Source of the DNA: Candidatus Thalassarchaeaceae archaeon
GTDB lineage: Archaea > Thermoplasmatota > Poseidoniia > Poseidoniales > Thalassarchaeaceae
Assembly: GCA_045568235.1 (NCBI GenBank)
Contig: JBJLBJ010000023.1
Coordinates: forward strand, 20,531-84,530
Direction: 5' to 3'
DNA: 64,000 bases
Position numbers and translations under genes: made by a program. Positions within the stretch are counted from its first letter, which is position 1; each line of letters begins with the position of its first letter. Shown piece by piece: positions 19,193 to 30,553 of the stretch. The notes below the pieces were generated by a model. The model ran no database searches and had not been told where the DNA came from. It worked only from the letters and a program-made list of their open reading frames with translations.

Positions 19193-21007
19193 TTAATTGG
19201 AATCTACACAGTTTGTGTATGGCTCATGCATTGGAGGGAGGAATAAATCATCACAATTTTTGTACACAGTTGATAGTCCTAAAAGGGAAGAAGAATCAAG
19301 AATTAAAGTAATTGGCGTAGTTGAAATTGGACTAGGGACATAGTCTTCTCCTGTTTGCGAAATAATCAATTGGATTCCATCACCTTCAGGTACAATCACA
19401 TCCATTCCGAAGAATTCCATCTTAGCCGTTACGGTTTCACCAGGAATTAGGGTTTGCCCTTCTTTTCCACCTGCATAGAAACGTAAATCCATAACTGCAT
19501 GTCCAAGATGCATGCCATTACTAGATTGAACCATTTCGACAAATATATGGCCACTGGTGAATTGTGTGGTCACTTGAACATGGAATATGGGAGTTCCAAT
19601 AATACGTGTTTCTTCGGCAAATAATGGACAATCTATTATCAAAGATGAGGTAGTTGTAACTACCTCTCCACCTGAAACTACAGAACAGATATCCATGTCA
19701 TAGTACGCCCATTCTTGGTTTTTTGGAGGATATTCTGATTCTACTCTCCAAGCACCCATGTTATCTTGGACTTCTGCTATTAGTCTCGGTTGAGGGCCTT
19801 TATCTTTCAAATAATAGTCAAACCATTCCAATAAATCATCTGCCCAATCCCATCTCAAAGTATAGGGAAATGCTTCTTGCCCTCTTCCACTAGACAACGA
19901 TTCATGACCGCTTATTCTGTCTGGATAATCATGCCCCCATTGCCCATAAAGTCCCTTTACATCGAAACCTGCATCGATCAGAATATTGTGTGTTGGGAAT
20001 GCCATGTGAGGATCGACATTCCAATCTTGAATGCCATGGATAATGTATACAGAGCCATTATAATTTTCTAAAGCCCTTGATAAAAATGTTCTTTCTTCCC
20101 AATAATCACTACCTGTCCACGCCAAATTATCCCCAGATAGATATGCGGCAGGACCTGCATAATATCCTTCTAGATATCCTTCACACGCATTCTGTGAATC
20201 TTCAAGATTCCCATCAAGGCCAAAACTTCCATAAACACCATTATGCATTATTGCACCTCTTGCTTCCATGCTACCATTACGCCACATGAGATCATGTGCA
20301 CCAATAAGTCCTGACATTGGAATAATTGTTTTTAGGTGTTCTGAACCCATTGCAGCAGCCTCCCATGGAGTAGATCCATCATATGATTTTCCAATTATTC
20401 CAACCGCTCCATTGGAAAAAGGTGCCTTTCCTAGATGCTCGACTGCGGCATGAATTCCTTTTTGCTCATCGAGTCCCATCAGATCCATACAATGGTTCGA
20501 TTCGCCCGTACCAAAAACAGAAACTTGGGCGACACCAAATCCGTGTGGTACGAAGTTCTCTATAAGGAAACGGCCAAGTCTGTCTGCTGGAGTCAATGCA
20601 TCTACATCACCATCATCATAATATGGTCCTATCTCGGCTATTATCGGAACTTTGCATTCTTCAATAATATCTGATGAGTCCATATCGCAGCCTTCTATTT
20701 TAGGAAGCCACAACCCCAAATGGACTTCTGCGTCTCCAGTCAATCCAGCCCCTCCATCTGCAGCAGTGATTGCTGGGACTTCAACAAATATTGAACGGAC
20801 ATCATCTATTTGGTATGAGCCATTTTTTGAAACATGACTGAAAACATCATCATTTCTATATACCAGATTTGAACGATTTTCAACATCATTTAACCAATGT
20901 TCAGAGTTATTCTCTTCAACTATTTCTTCGTCGCCACCGAAACAACCACTAAAAGAAGAAATAAAAAATAAAAATACAAGAAATATACTCGTAGATGTTT
21001 TAGACAT
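19193..21007 (-). CDS. CocE/NonD family serine hydrolase (peptidase S15-like) lipoprotein
   Basis: Lipobox FSGC, GTGES, GKSYDG nucleophile, HGIQDWNV, WGH. Confidence 0.85.
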   Translation of the reverse strand: MSKTSTSIFLVFLFFISSFSGCFGGDEEIVEENNSEHWLNDVENRSNLVYRNDDVFSHVSKNGSYQIDDVRSIFVEVPAITAADGGAGLTGDAEVHLGLWLPKIEGCDMDSSDIIEECKVPIIAEIGPYYDDGDVDALTPADRLGRFLIENFVPHGFGVAQVSVFGTGESNHCMDLMGLDEQKGIHAAVEHLGKAPFSNGAVGIIGKSYDGSTPWEAAAMGSEHLKTIIPMSGLIGAHDLMWRNGSMEARGAIMHNGVYGSFGLDGNLEDSQNACEGYLEGYYAGPAAYLSGDNLAWTGSDYWEERTFLSRALENYNGSVYIIHGIQDWNVDPHMAFPTHNILIDAGFDVKGLYGQWGHDYPDRISGHESLSSGRGQEAFPYTLRWDWADDLLEWFDYYLKDKGPQPRLIAEVQDNMGAWRVESEYPPKNQEWAYYDMDICSVVSGGEVVTTTSSLIIDCPLFAEETRIIGTPIFHVQVTTQFTSGHIFVEMVQSSNGMHLGHAVMDLRFYAGGKEGQTLIPGETVTAKMEFFGMDVIVPEGDGIQLIISQTGEDYVPSPISTTPITLILDSSSLLGLSTVYKNCDDLFLPPMHEPYTNCVDSN

Positions 21008-21011
21008 AATA

Positions 21012-22028
21012 TCAAACCTGTGGTAGATGGAAATTTTGTGGTTTGGCGATACCTAAATCACTAGGTAAGTCAAGTTTTTTCTCTGGTAAAACAACTGGTA
21101 TCATTTCTCTACCTATCAATGCAACTCTACTTTCTCTCCTGTCAGAAAGGACTTCACGTCCTGTTAATAATGCTAATTTATCTGAAAATTCTAATATTTC
21201 TGGATGTGAGGGCATATTTTCGATGGTATGATTATTTTGACTCTTGCCAACATAGACATAACCTTTAGCTTCAATGAACATTGGATCTGCAATATTATCT
21301 AACCTTGCATAGTCTTCATGATGTCCTAATGATTCATTTTTTATTAGAGTATGGCGGCAAACTGTCCTTGTATCTAATGATGGCAGTAATTCTAAGGTTT
21401 GTTCTAATTTATTAAATGCTCCAGTATCAAATTTTGGTTTACATATTCGATCAAAAATCTCTTTATTAGGGGCATCGACACTAACATACAACTGAGTAGG
21501 TAATGTATCAAGATTTTCTATAACCTTTGGGAGGCTACCATTAGTGACTAAAAATGTAGAAACGCCATGGTTATGACAAATTTCTAAGAATTCACTTAAT
21601 CTGGAATATAGAGTTGGTTCACCATTAAGAGAAATTGCAACATGTTTAGGGTCTTGAGCATCTAACCATTTTTCTCGCGGGACGCTTGGATGGCCTCCAT
21701 ATCCAGTCAGTAATCTGCGGTGTGCACGAACTGATTGAAGAAATAAATCGTAGGGATCATCATCTATTTTGTTTAGGCTATCAGAATGAGGCTCCCTCCA
21801 ACAGTAAGTACATGCAAGATTGCACGTATCTACATTAGGAGCCATTTGCATGCAACCATGGCTTTCAATACCGTAGAAGGTACCTTTGTAACATGATCTG
21901 TCTGCAGTAAGGCTCTGTTTAGTCCAATGACATACTTTGACTCCACCATGTTCTCCTACGAGATGGTATCTTTGTTTAGCTAAACGATGTGCGATTTGTG
22001 GTTCTATTTGAGTAATTGGGCTCTGCAT
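21012..22028 (-). CDS. taw1: 4-demethylwyosine synthase Taw1/TYW1 (radical SAM)
   Basis: KVCHW, CYK..YGIESH.C.QM, CNLACTYCWR, AISLNGEP. Confidence 0.95.
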   Translation of the reverse strand: MQSPITQIEPQIAHRLAKQRYHLVGEHGGVKVCHWTKQSLTADRSCYKGTFYGIESHGCMQMAPNVDTCNLACTYCWREPHSDSLNKIDDDPYDLFLQSVRAHRRLLTGYGGHPSVPREKWLDAQDPKHVAISLNGEPTLYSRLSEFLEICHNHGVSTFLVTNGSLPKVIENLDTLPTQLYVSVDAPNKEIFDRICKPKFDTGAFNKLEQTLELLPSLDTRTVCRHTLIKNESLGHHEDYARLDNIADPMFIEAKGYVYVGKSQNNHTIENMPSHPEILEFSDKLALLTGREVLSDRRESRVALIGREMIPVVLPEKKLDLPSDLGIAKPQNFHLPQV

Positions 22029-22116
22029 ACGTAAGACCTCCGACTCCGAAACCCACAGAGAGGCCGTGTCAGATATACGGGCGTAAGGCTAATTGGTCTT
22101 CAAAACTGCGATTAGA

Positions 22117-22761
22117 TTAACTGTATTTTATACCAGTTCCATATACAAAAACTTCAACTGCTTTTATTCCTTTTTTGGTAGTTGCAGGAGACATTACAGC
22201 AGTATCTATTCGTACATTTATTACTTCATCCCAACCTTCTTTGATGGCTTTTTCTCTAAGTCTCTGCATTGATTCGGCTCTACCTGCAGAAATTATCTTT
22301 TGGAAAATATCTACTGAGCCGCCAAATAAATTATTTATGAAACCAATTAATAGATGCCAATGACTTGGCCCATAAACTGCTCCGGCCATAACAACTCCAG
22401 CGTCACTTACTTCTTTCTTGAAACCGCCATCTAAAGTAGAAAGAGGATCTTTGCCCAATTGTGTAAATGTTTGGGCTTCCCTATTAGCAGTATCCATAAT
22501 CATAGCATCTAATTTTTTACTACTGAACAAAAAGGCCCATATGACTAAAATTGGATATGCAATTGTCCAAATTAATCCAAGTAGTCCCAATATTAAAAAA
22601 GGTGCCAAAAAGCAGAGAGCGAATATTCCTCCCAATGGTGATTCAGCAGATTCTGCTGATTGGCCTTCTTGGGCAACGACTGAAAAATTAATTAAACTGA
22701 TTAGAAGCAATATTGATAAGAAAAAGAAACTTTTTCTAGAATTTTCTGTAATTTCCACCAT
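22117..22761 (-). CDS. Membrane-anchored YbjQ/UPF0145-like protein
   Basis: Signal/TM N-terminus; NLFGG...GRAESMQRL..A...G...VINVRI...VEVFVYGTG. Confidence 0.8.
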   Translation of the reverse strand: MVEITENSRKSFFFLSILLLISLINFSVVAQEGQSAESAESPLGGIFALCFLAPFLILGLLGLIWTIAYPILVIWAFLFSSKKLDAMIMDTANREAQTFTQLGKDPLSTLDGGFKKEVSDAGVVMAGAVYGPSHWHLLIGFINNLFGGSVDIFQKIISAGRAESMQRLREKAIKEGWDEVINVRIDTAVMSPATTKKGIKAVEVFVYGTGIKYS

Positions 22762-22780
22762 AAGAAAACCTTGCCTTAAC

Positions 22781-23143
22781 TTATTCTACCTTAACAGCAG
22801 TACCATAAGCAAATAATTCAGCAGCGCCTGGAGTAACTGCAGAGGTAGCGAATCGTAGATTGACAACCGCATTAGCGCCTCTCGCCATTGCGTCTGAAAC
22901 TAATCGGCTCATAGCTTCTGTACGTGATTCTTGAAGTAATTCAGTGTATTTATGAAGTTCTCCGCCCATAATATTCTTTAGGCCTTGTGTTATATCGCGT
23001 CCGATGTTTTTTGCCCTTACTGTCGAGCCACTGACCACTCCATATGTTTCAGTTATCACTTTCCCAGGAATTGTCTCTGTATTTACCACCATAATGCCTT
23101 GTACTATGTCTACCATATTTATTCCGGATAAGTTCTTACTCAT
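22781..23143 (-). CDS. YbjQ/UPF0145 family protein
   Basis: TETIPG, GLKNIMGGEL..YTELL..SR..A, GANAVVNLRF, AYGTAVK. Confidence 0.92.
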   Translation of the reverse strand: MSKNLSGINMVDIVQGIMVVNTETIPGKVITETYGVVSGSTVRAKNIGRDITQGLKNIMGGELHKYTELLQESRTEAMSRLVSDAMARGANAVVNLRFATSAVTPGAAELFAYGTAVKVE

Positions 23144-23799
23144 TAATCTTGAGACGGTGGAGAATTATGAAATCCTGAAGGAATATCAAAATTAGTCTGC
23201 TTTTTTGTCTTTGAATATACTAATGCCAAAAATGCAAAAAGAATAGTGTTACAAAATAGAATTTGAATTACACTCACTAGTAGGCTTAAAGATTCTATGA
23301 AATCCGGGATTGCGCCTCCACCTGCTTCAGGACCAAAATCATAATCAGGATAAAATCCGACATCTAAATATAACATTGATACTAGATGTACTTGACTAAT
23401 TATATAGATAACGAACCATATTGAAGTTATCTTCAAACCTAAATCACGATTTCCGGACCATAAGACTGGGATAGAAATTAAACCGATAAAAAATAATATG
23501 ATGGCATAAATTACAGAATAAAATAGCATATTTCCTAAACCATTTACATAATCAATTGTTTGAGACCAAAAAATATTGTTTGCAGTCCAATTATCAATTT
23601 CTTCTTGGGTACCATCTTCTGGAAAGGGTTCTATTTCGGCATAATCATCCGGTATTGAATCCAAATATATGGGAGTAATTAGACCTGAAATGGCTTGAAA
23701 AAACATGCCAATACACATTATGGACATGAATATGGCTGACCCTCTTAACCACCATGGAGAAGGTTCAGGAATTGAATATGGAGTCTCTTCATAAACCAT
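23143..23799 (-). CDS. Hypothetical four-TM membrane protein
   Basis: Four hydrophobic segments; stop overlaps the ybjQ-like start (TAATG). Confidence 0.75.
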   Translation of the reverse strand: MVYEETPYSIPEPSPWWLRGSAIFMSIMCIGMFFQAISGLITPIYLDSIPDDYAEIEPFPEDGTQEEIDNWTANNIFWSQTIDYVNGLGNMLFYSVIYAIILFFIGLISIPVLWSGNRDLGLKITSIWFVIYIISQVHLVSMLYLDVGFYPDYDFGPEAGGGAIPDFIESLSLLVSVIQILFCNTILFAFLALVYSKTKKQTNFDIPSGFHNSPPSQD

Positions 23800-23843
23800 T
23801 TTCAAATCGTAATTAGATTAGTATATTAATTACACTGAGAATA

Positions 23844-24290
23844 TCAGTCATCGATAACTATTCTTGGTGTAGATCTTACCATAGTGTGCATATATTCTCT
23901 AGATGGGTTAACTATGAAACCGTTACGAAGAAAATTTCGACCCAGAATTATTCTGTGTTTCATTTTTGAACGATCTTGTAGGCATATTTCAACCTGATAA
24001 TCTCTACCTGAAATCTCTAATTTTGTTCTGATAACAGGCCTTAATGTTTCTTTTCCACTTGTGTCTCTGATATTTCTCCACCTTTGGATTTTTTTCTTTA
24101 TTATTCTGCCATTTTCTTTTAATCGAAATTTAACAAACTCAGTATTTTTGACATTATCAATTTTGACATCTAATGCATGTAAAGTATTAGACCAAGCACC
24201 AGTATCAGTTTTTGCCTTAATGGGAGATGATTCTAAATCAGGTAGGCGGATCCATTCTCTCCAGCCTATAATTATGAAGTCCAATGGCAT
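23844..24290 (-). CDS. RimK-associated retropepsin-like aspartic protease (RimB-like)
   Basis: IGWREW, AKTDTGA, RPVI, DRSKM...ILGRNFL. Confidence 0.85.
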   Translation of the reverse strand: MPLDFIIIGWREWIRLPDLESSPIKAKTDTGAWSNTLHALDVKIDNVKNTEFVKFRLKENGRIIKKKIQRWRNIRDTSGKETLRPVIRTKLEISGRDYQVEICLQDRSKMKHRIILGRNFLRNGFIVNPSREYMHTMVRSTPRIVIDD

Positions 24291-24369
24291 ATCTAACAGT
24301 TTGTTCCGCTAAACCATTATTTTTTAATGTCGCGTATTTATGAAAATTGGTATACTAAATATAGAATTA

Positions 24370-24377
24370 TTCAAGTA
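24370..24377 (+). promoter_or_regulatory. Putative non-canonical TATA-like box TTCAAGTA for guaB (example of a recurrent motif)
   Basis: TT[CG]A[AT] starts 29 nt before the ATG, the same spacing as in many other genes of the window. Confidence 0.6.
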
Positions 24378-24380
24378 TAA

Positions 24381-26395
<2,015 letters not shown>

Positions 26396-26439
26396 AAAAT
26401 GAAAAAGTTAATATCATCATAAAAAGACAAATAAAAAGA

Positions 26440-26910
26440 ATGTTTTGGCGTAACATTCAACAATTAAAAAAAAATCAAATAGCCATGGGACCCAACCAGA
26501 AGCAGGATGAAAGTCCCGTCGATAGAGCATGGGCAATTCATGCTGCAATAATTGGATTGAACACAGGTAACTTATTATTCAGAGGATTGGAGCTTGATCC
26601 TGAAAATCCGGGATTAATTACTGTAGCTTGTTTGTCTCTACTGGCCATTGCTTTACCTTTTCAAGCGGTTTTTTTCTTGATAAATTCATACATTCAAGAT
26701 TCTACTAATGTGCATGAGATAGAATATAGAATGCTATTAAGGATAACTTTAATTTGTCAAACAGTATCATATATATCGCTAATTGGCATAGCAGTATTAA
26801 TGTTTGAAACTCATTTATATATTGGGCTATCGTTTACTGTCGGCTCAATTGTTGCATTTTTTCTTGTTAGATCAGCACTTGCACAGGTCGATATATTGGC
26901 CAAATTATAA
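26440..26910 (+). CDS. Hypothetical multi-TM membrane protein
   Basis: Three to four hydrophobic segments; start uncertain (26485 is an alternative). Confidence 0.7.
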   Translation: MFWRNIQQLKKNQIAMGPNQKQDESPVDRAWAIHAAIIGLNTGNLLFRGLELDPENPGLITVACLSLLAIALPFQAVFFLINSYIQDSTNVHEIEYRMLLRITLICQTVSYISLIGIAVLMFETHLYIGLSFTVGSIVAFFLVRSALAQVDILAKL

Positions 26911-27372
26911 TCATATTAATTCTTTGGGCCTTAGAACGTTTTCTAATTTCCAAGATTCATTTTCCTTAACTAATAATGCAGCAGAAGCAGTCGGCATACG
27001 ATGCCATTCTCCAATTAGATAATTTATTAGTAGTTCAGAACCAGGATTATGTCCTAAAATCATTGTTGTTTCATTATTTTCTATATCCTCTAATTGAATA
27101 ATTAATTCTTCTAATGGCGCATGGTAAATAGAAGGTTTGATTTCTATTTTTACTTTATTCCTATCCATATTCATTAGTGATAATGTTTCATTAGTACGCT
27201 TTGAACTACTCAAAAATACTGTATCAGGTAACCAGTCCATTTCCATAAGTGCTTGATAAATTCTAGGTGCATCTTTTCGACCTCTTGGATTAAGAGGACG
27301 GTCGTGGTCATTAAGATTTGAATCTACCCAACTACTTTTTGCATGCCTCATAATAATTAGTCTTGTGAGCAG
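26911..27372 (-). CDS. sixA: SixA-like histidine phosphatase
   Basis: RHAKSSW, DHDRPL..RG, GHNPG; start extended to a putative CTG to include the beta1 strand TRLII. Confidence 0.85.
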   Translation of the reverse strand: MLTRLIIMRHAKSSWVDSNLNDHDRPLNPRGRKDAPRIYQALMEMDWLPDTVFLSSSKRTNETLSLMNMDRNKVKIEIKPSIYHAPLEELIIQLEDIENNETTMILGHNPGSELLINYLIGEWHRMPTASAALLVKENESWKLENVLRPKELI

Positions 27373-27374
27373 TA

Positions 27375-28172
27375 TTATTCCTCCTCTATATGATTAAAAT
27401 TAGGTTCTCTTTTTTCCATAAAGGCGGAAACTCCTTCAGCAAAATCATCAGATAGAGAAGAAGACATTATTAGGGCACGTTCAAATTCTAATTGGGTTTC
27501 AAAAAAGGTTGATGTTGAAGCATCCAATAACTGCTTAGTAGAGCGACGACTAAGAAAAGCCCATTTACCCCATTCTCTAGCTATTTCTAATGATCTAGAG
27601 ATTATCTCTTCTTCGTCGCATATCTCATCTATTGCACCATTATCCAATGCTAATTGGCTATTCCATATTTCATTATTGAAAAAGAATTTTTTTGCTTTCT
27701 GAGTTCCTACCAATCTAGGAAGAAGCCAAGTTGTTCCTCCATCTGGAGATAGTCCCAGAGAGAAAAAGGCTGCGGCTAACTTAGCTTTAATTGATGAAAT
27801 TCTATAGTCCATCGCTAGTGCTAATCCTAACCCTCCTCCTGCAGCAGCACCATTTATTGCAGCGACAAAAACTGTAGAAGAAGTGCGGATTTTAATTAAT
27901 AATGAGTGTAGAGATGCTGTCATTTCCCCGACCATTTGGCTTATTTCTCCAGAGTCTATGGCATCAGCGAACTCATTAATTGGACCACCTGCACTAAAGA
28001 ATTTGCCATTTCCAGTCAAAATAATTGATGAACACGTAACATCTTCCATAAGATCTTCAATAGTTTTCTTGAAAACATCAAAATGAGATTTAGTGAAAGT
28101 ATTCTTTGCTGCTTCGGGTGAAAGAGTTACCAATGCAACTCCTCTTTCATATCTTTCAACTGTTAGAACCAT
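27375..28172 (-). CDS. Enoyl-CoA hydratase/isomerase (PaaG-like)
   Basis: FSAG, AAINGAAAGGG, LGLSPDGG, EGVSAFMEKREP. Confidence 0.92.
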   Translation of the reverse strand: MVLTVERYERGVALVTLSPEAAKNTFTKSHFDVFKKTIEDLMEDVTCSSIILTGNGKFFSAGGPINEFADAIDSGEISQMVGEMTASLHSLLIKIRTSSTVFVAAINGAAAGGGLGLALAMDYRISSIKAKLAAAFFSLGLSPDGGTTWLLPRLVGTQKAKKFFFNNEIWNSQLALDNGAIDEICDEEEIISRSLEIAREWGKWAFLSRRSTKQLLDASTSTFFETQLEFERALIMSSSLSDDFAEGVSAFMEKREPNFNHIEEE

Positions 28173-28240
28173 GAACTAGCGAAAGGTGTTTTCTTTTTCA
28201 AATGCATGAATATGATAAGAAGCGACGTTGTCGAAGTACC

Positions 28241-29659
28241 ATGCATGACCGCGGAGAAATGTATATCAATGGAAAATGGGTAAAGGCAAAGGGTACTGAG
28301 AAAATTAAAGTGATTAATCCTTCGACTGAGGAAATTATTGGAACTATCCCGGTAGGGAATCAAGAAGATACAGATTATGCCATTAAATCTGCAAAGGAAG
28401 CTTTCACTAATTGGTCAAAAAGTAAAATTGAAGATAGAATAGATATTTTAAATTCATTATCAGCATTGCTTAAAGAGCGTAGTGAAGAGATAGCCCAAAT
28501 AATAACTTCAGAAGTGGGAACTCCAATTGGTTATTCACGTACAGCTATGGTTGGAACTCCAAGAGTAGTAGCACGTTCATATGCTAAAATATTAGAAACG
28601 TTTGAATGGGAAGAGGAGGTTAGAAACTCACTAATTGTCAAAGAGGCAATTGGTGTTTGTGCTTTTATAACTCCTTGGAATTTTCCATTACATCAGATAA
28701 TCGGAAAAGTTGCTCCTGCAATAGCGGCTGGCTGTACAATGATATTAAAACCCTCAAAAGAAGCCCCATTAAGTGCATTTATTCTTGCTGAAATATTTGA
28801 TGAAATTGGTCTTCCTGCAGGAGTATTTAATCTAGTAACAGGTCACGGATCTGAGATTGGAGAATATCTCGCCGCACATACTGATATAGATATGGTATCT
28901 TTTACTGGCTCTACTGGAGCAGGTATTGCTGTTAGCCATGCTGCTGCTGCTAGTGTAAAGAGAGTTACTTTAGAATTGGGAGGGAAAAGTGCCAATGTTG
29001 CCTTAGAAGATGCAGATCCAATTTTAGTTGGTAAGAAAGCCATACAAGCTTGTCATCAAAATAGTGGCCAAACTTGTTCTGCTCTGACAAGATTGATTAT
29101 ACCAAAGAGTATGGAAGAAGAAGTTTGCAAAGTAATTACTGAAAGGAATGAGAAATACAAAGTGGGTGATCCTCTGGATGAAGAAACTCGTTGTGGACCA
29201 ATGGTTAGTGAAAAACAAAAAATTAGTGTGATGAATTATATACAGAAAGGGATAGATGAAGGTGCTACTTTGTTATCAGGAGGAGTTGGTACGCCAGACA
29301 AATTAACAAAGGGTTTTTTTGTAAAACCTACAGTTTTCAAAGACGTTACTCCAGAAATGACAATTTGGAAAGAGGAAATTTTTGGGCCAGTTCTTGTAAT
29401 TACAACATATGAAGAAGAGAGAGAAGCTTTAGAATTAGCAAATGATTCTATCTATGGACTATCCGGAGGAGTTTGGTCAAAAGATGAAGAAAGAGCGATT
29501 AAATTTGCAAGAAACATGAGGACTGGTCAAATTAGTATCAATGGAGGTTTCTTTAATGTTAGTGCCCCTTTTGGCGGATTTAAGGCGTCAGGAAATGGTC
29601 GAGAATTAGGAGTCCATGGACTTGAAGAATTTTTAGAAATAAAGTCAATTCAGAGATAG
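28241..29659 (+). CDS. Aldehyde dehydrogenase
   Basis: ITPWNFP, FTGS, LELGGKS, SGQTC, EEIFGPV. Confidence 0.96.
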   Translation: MHDRGEMYINGKWVKAKGTEKIKVINPSTEEIIGTIPVGNQEDTDYAIKSAKEAFTNWSKSKIEDRIDILNSLSALLKERSEEIAQIITSEVGTPIGYSRTAMVGTPRVVARSYAKILETFEWEEEVRNSLIVKEAIGVCAFITPWNFPLHQIIGKVAPAIAAGCTMILKPSKEAPLSAFILAEIFDEIGLPAGVFNLVTGHGSEIGEYLAAHTDIDMVSFTGSTGAGIAVSHAAAASVKRVTLELGGKSANVALEDADPILVGKKAIQACHQNSGQTCSALTRLIIPKSMEEEVCKVITERNEKYKVGDPLDEETRCGPMVSEKQKISVMNYIQKGIDEGATLLSGGVGTPDKLTKGFFVKPTVFKDVTPEMTIWKEEIFGPVLVITTYEEEREALELANDSIYGLSGGVWSKDEERAIKFARNMRTGQISINGGFFNVSAPFGGFKASGNGRELGVHGLEEFLEIKSIQR

Positions 29660-29672
29660 TGTATTTGAATAA

Positions 29673-30506
29673 TTATTTACCAATCCACAAGGCATCTTTT
29701 CTTTGTAAAAATGCCTTTACTCCAATTTCTTTATCTTCAGTATCGAATAATGCAACAAATTCTGATCTTTCAGCGAGTATCCCTTCGGAAAAGGGTAAAT
29801 CCAGAGAAGCCCTAATAGTTCTCTTTGCTACCTTTATGGTATGAGGGGATTTTTTTGCTATTTGCTTTGCAAATGAAATAGTGGAATTTTCTAGATCTGC
29901 AGACTCATAAACTGCATTAATGAGCCCTATCCTCAAAGCTTCTTCTGCTCCAATCATATTTCCGCTCAATATTATTTCCATAGCCTTGCCATATCCTAAT
30001 AATCTGCATAATCGTTGAGTTCCTCCTCCTCCAGGTATCAAGCCAAGATTGATCTCAGGTTGACCAAAATTTGATTGTACAGAAGCGAATCTTATGTCAC
30101 AAGAGAGTGCTAATTCTGTCCCTCCTCCAAGTGCAAAACCATCAACCATTGCGATAGTAGGTTTAGATAGATTCCAGACTGCTTCCCATGCATTATCTTC
30201 AAAAAATGGCCTTACATCATCAGAATTTTTATTTTCAAATTCTGAAATATCTGCTCCAGCTGCAAACGAAGGAGGTTTACTTTTCTTTCCTTCTTGGGCC
30301 GGAAGGGGAGAGGCTCCTCGAATAATAATAACTCTGACATTATCATCTGATTCGGCCCTGATGCATTGCTTCTTTATTTCTTCATGAATTCTGTTATTAA
30401 GAGCATTGAGCTTATTTGGTCGATTAAGAGTCCAAATAGTAATTATTCCTCCTTTTGGACTTGCTTCCTCAACAGGTATATCATCGACTAACAATACTTC
30501 TTCCAT
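29673..30506 (-). CDS. Enoyl-CoA hydratase (crotonase)
   Basis: LNRPNKLNAL, FAAGADI, GGGTELAL.CD, QPEINLG. Confidence 0.95.
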   Translation of the reverse strand: MEEVLLVDDIPVEEASPKGGIITIWTLNRPNKLNALNNRIHEEIKKQCIRAESDDNVRVIIIRGASPLPAQEGKKSKPPSFAAGADISEFENKNSDDVRPFFEDNAWEAVWNLSKPTIAMVDGFALGGGTELALSCDIRFASVQSNFGQPEINLGLIPGGGGTQRLCRLLGYGKAMEIILSGNMIGAEEALRIGLINAVYESADLENSTISFAKQIAKKSPHTIKVAKRTIRASLDLPFSEGILAERSEFVALFDTEDKEIGVKAFLQRKDALWIGK

Positions 30507-30553
30507 ATACCTACGGAATACACTATAACCCTTCAAAGTACGTATGATTGGAA

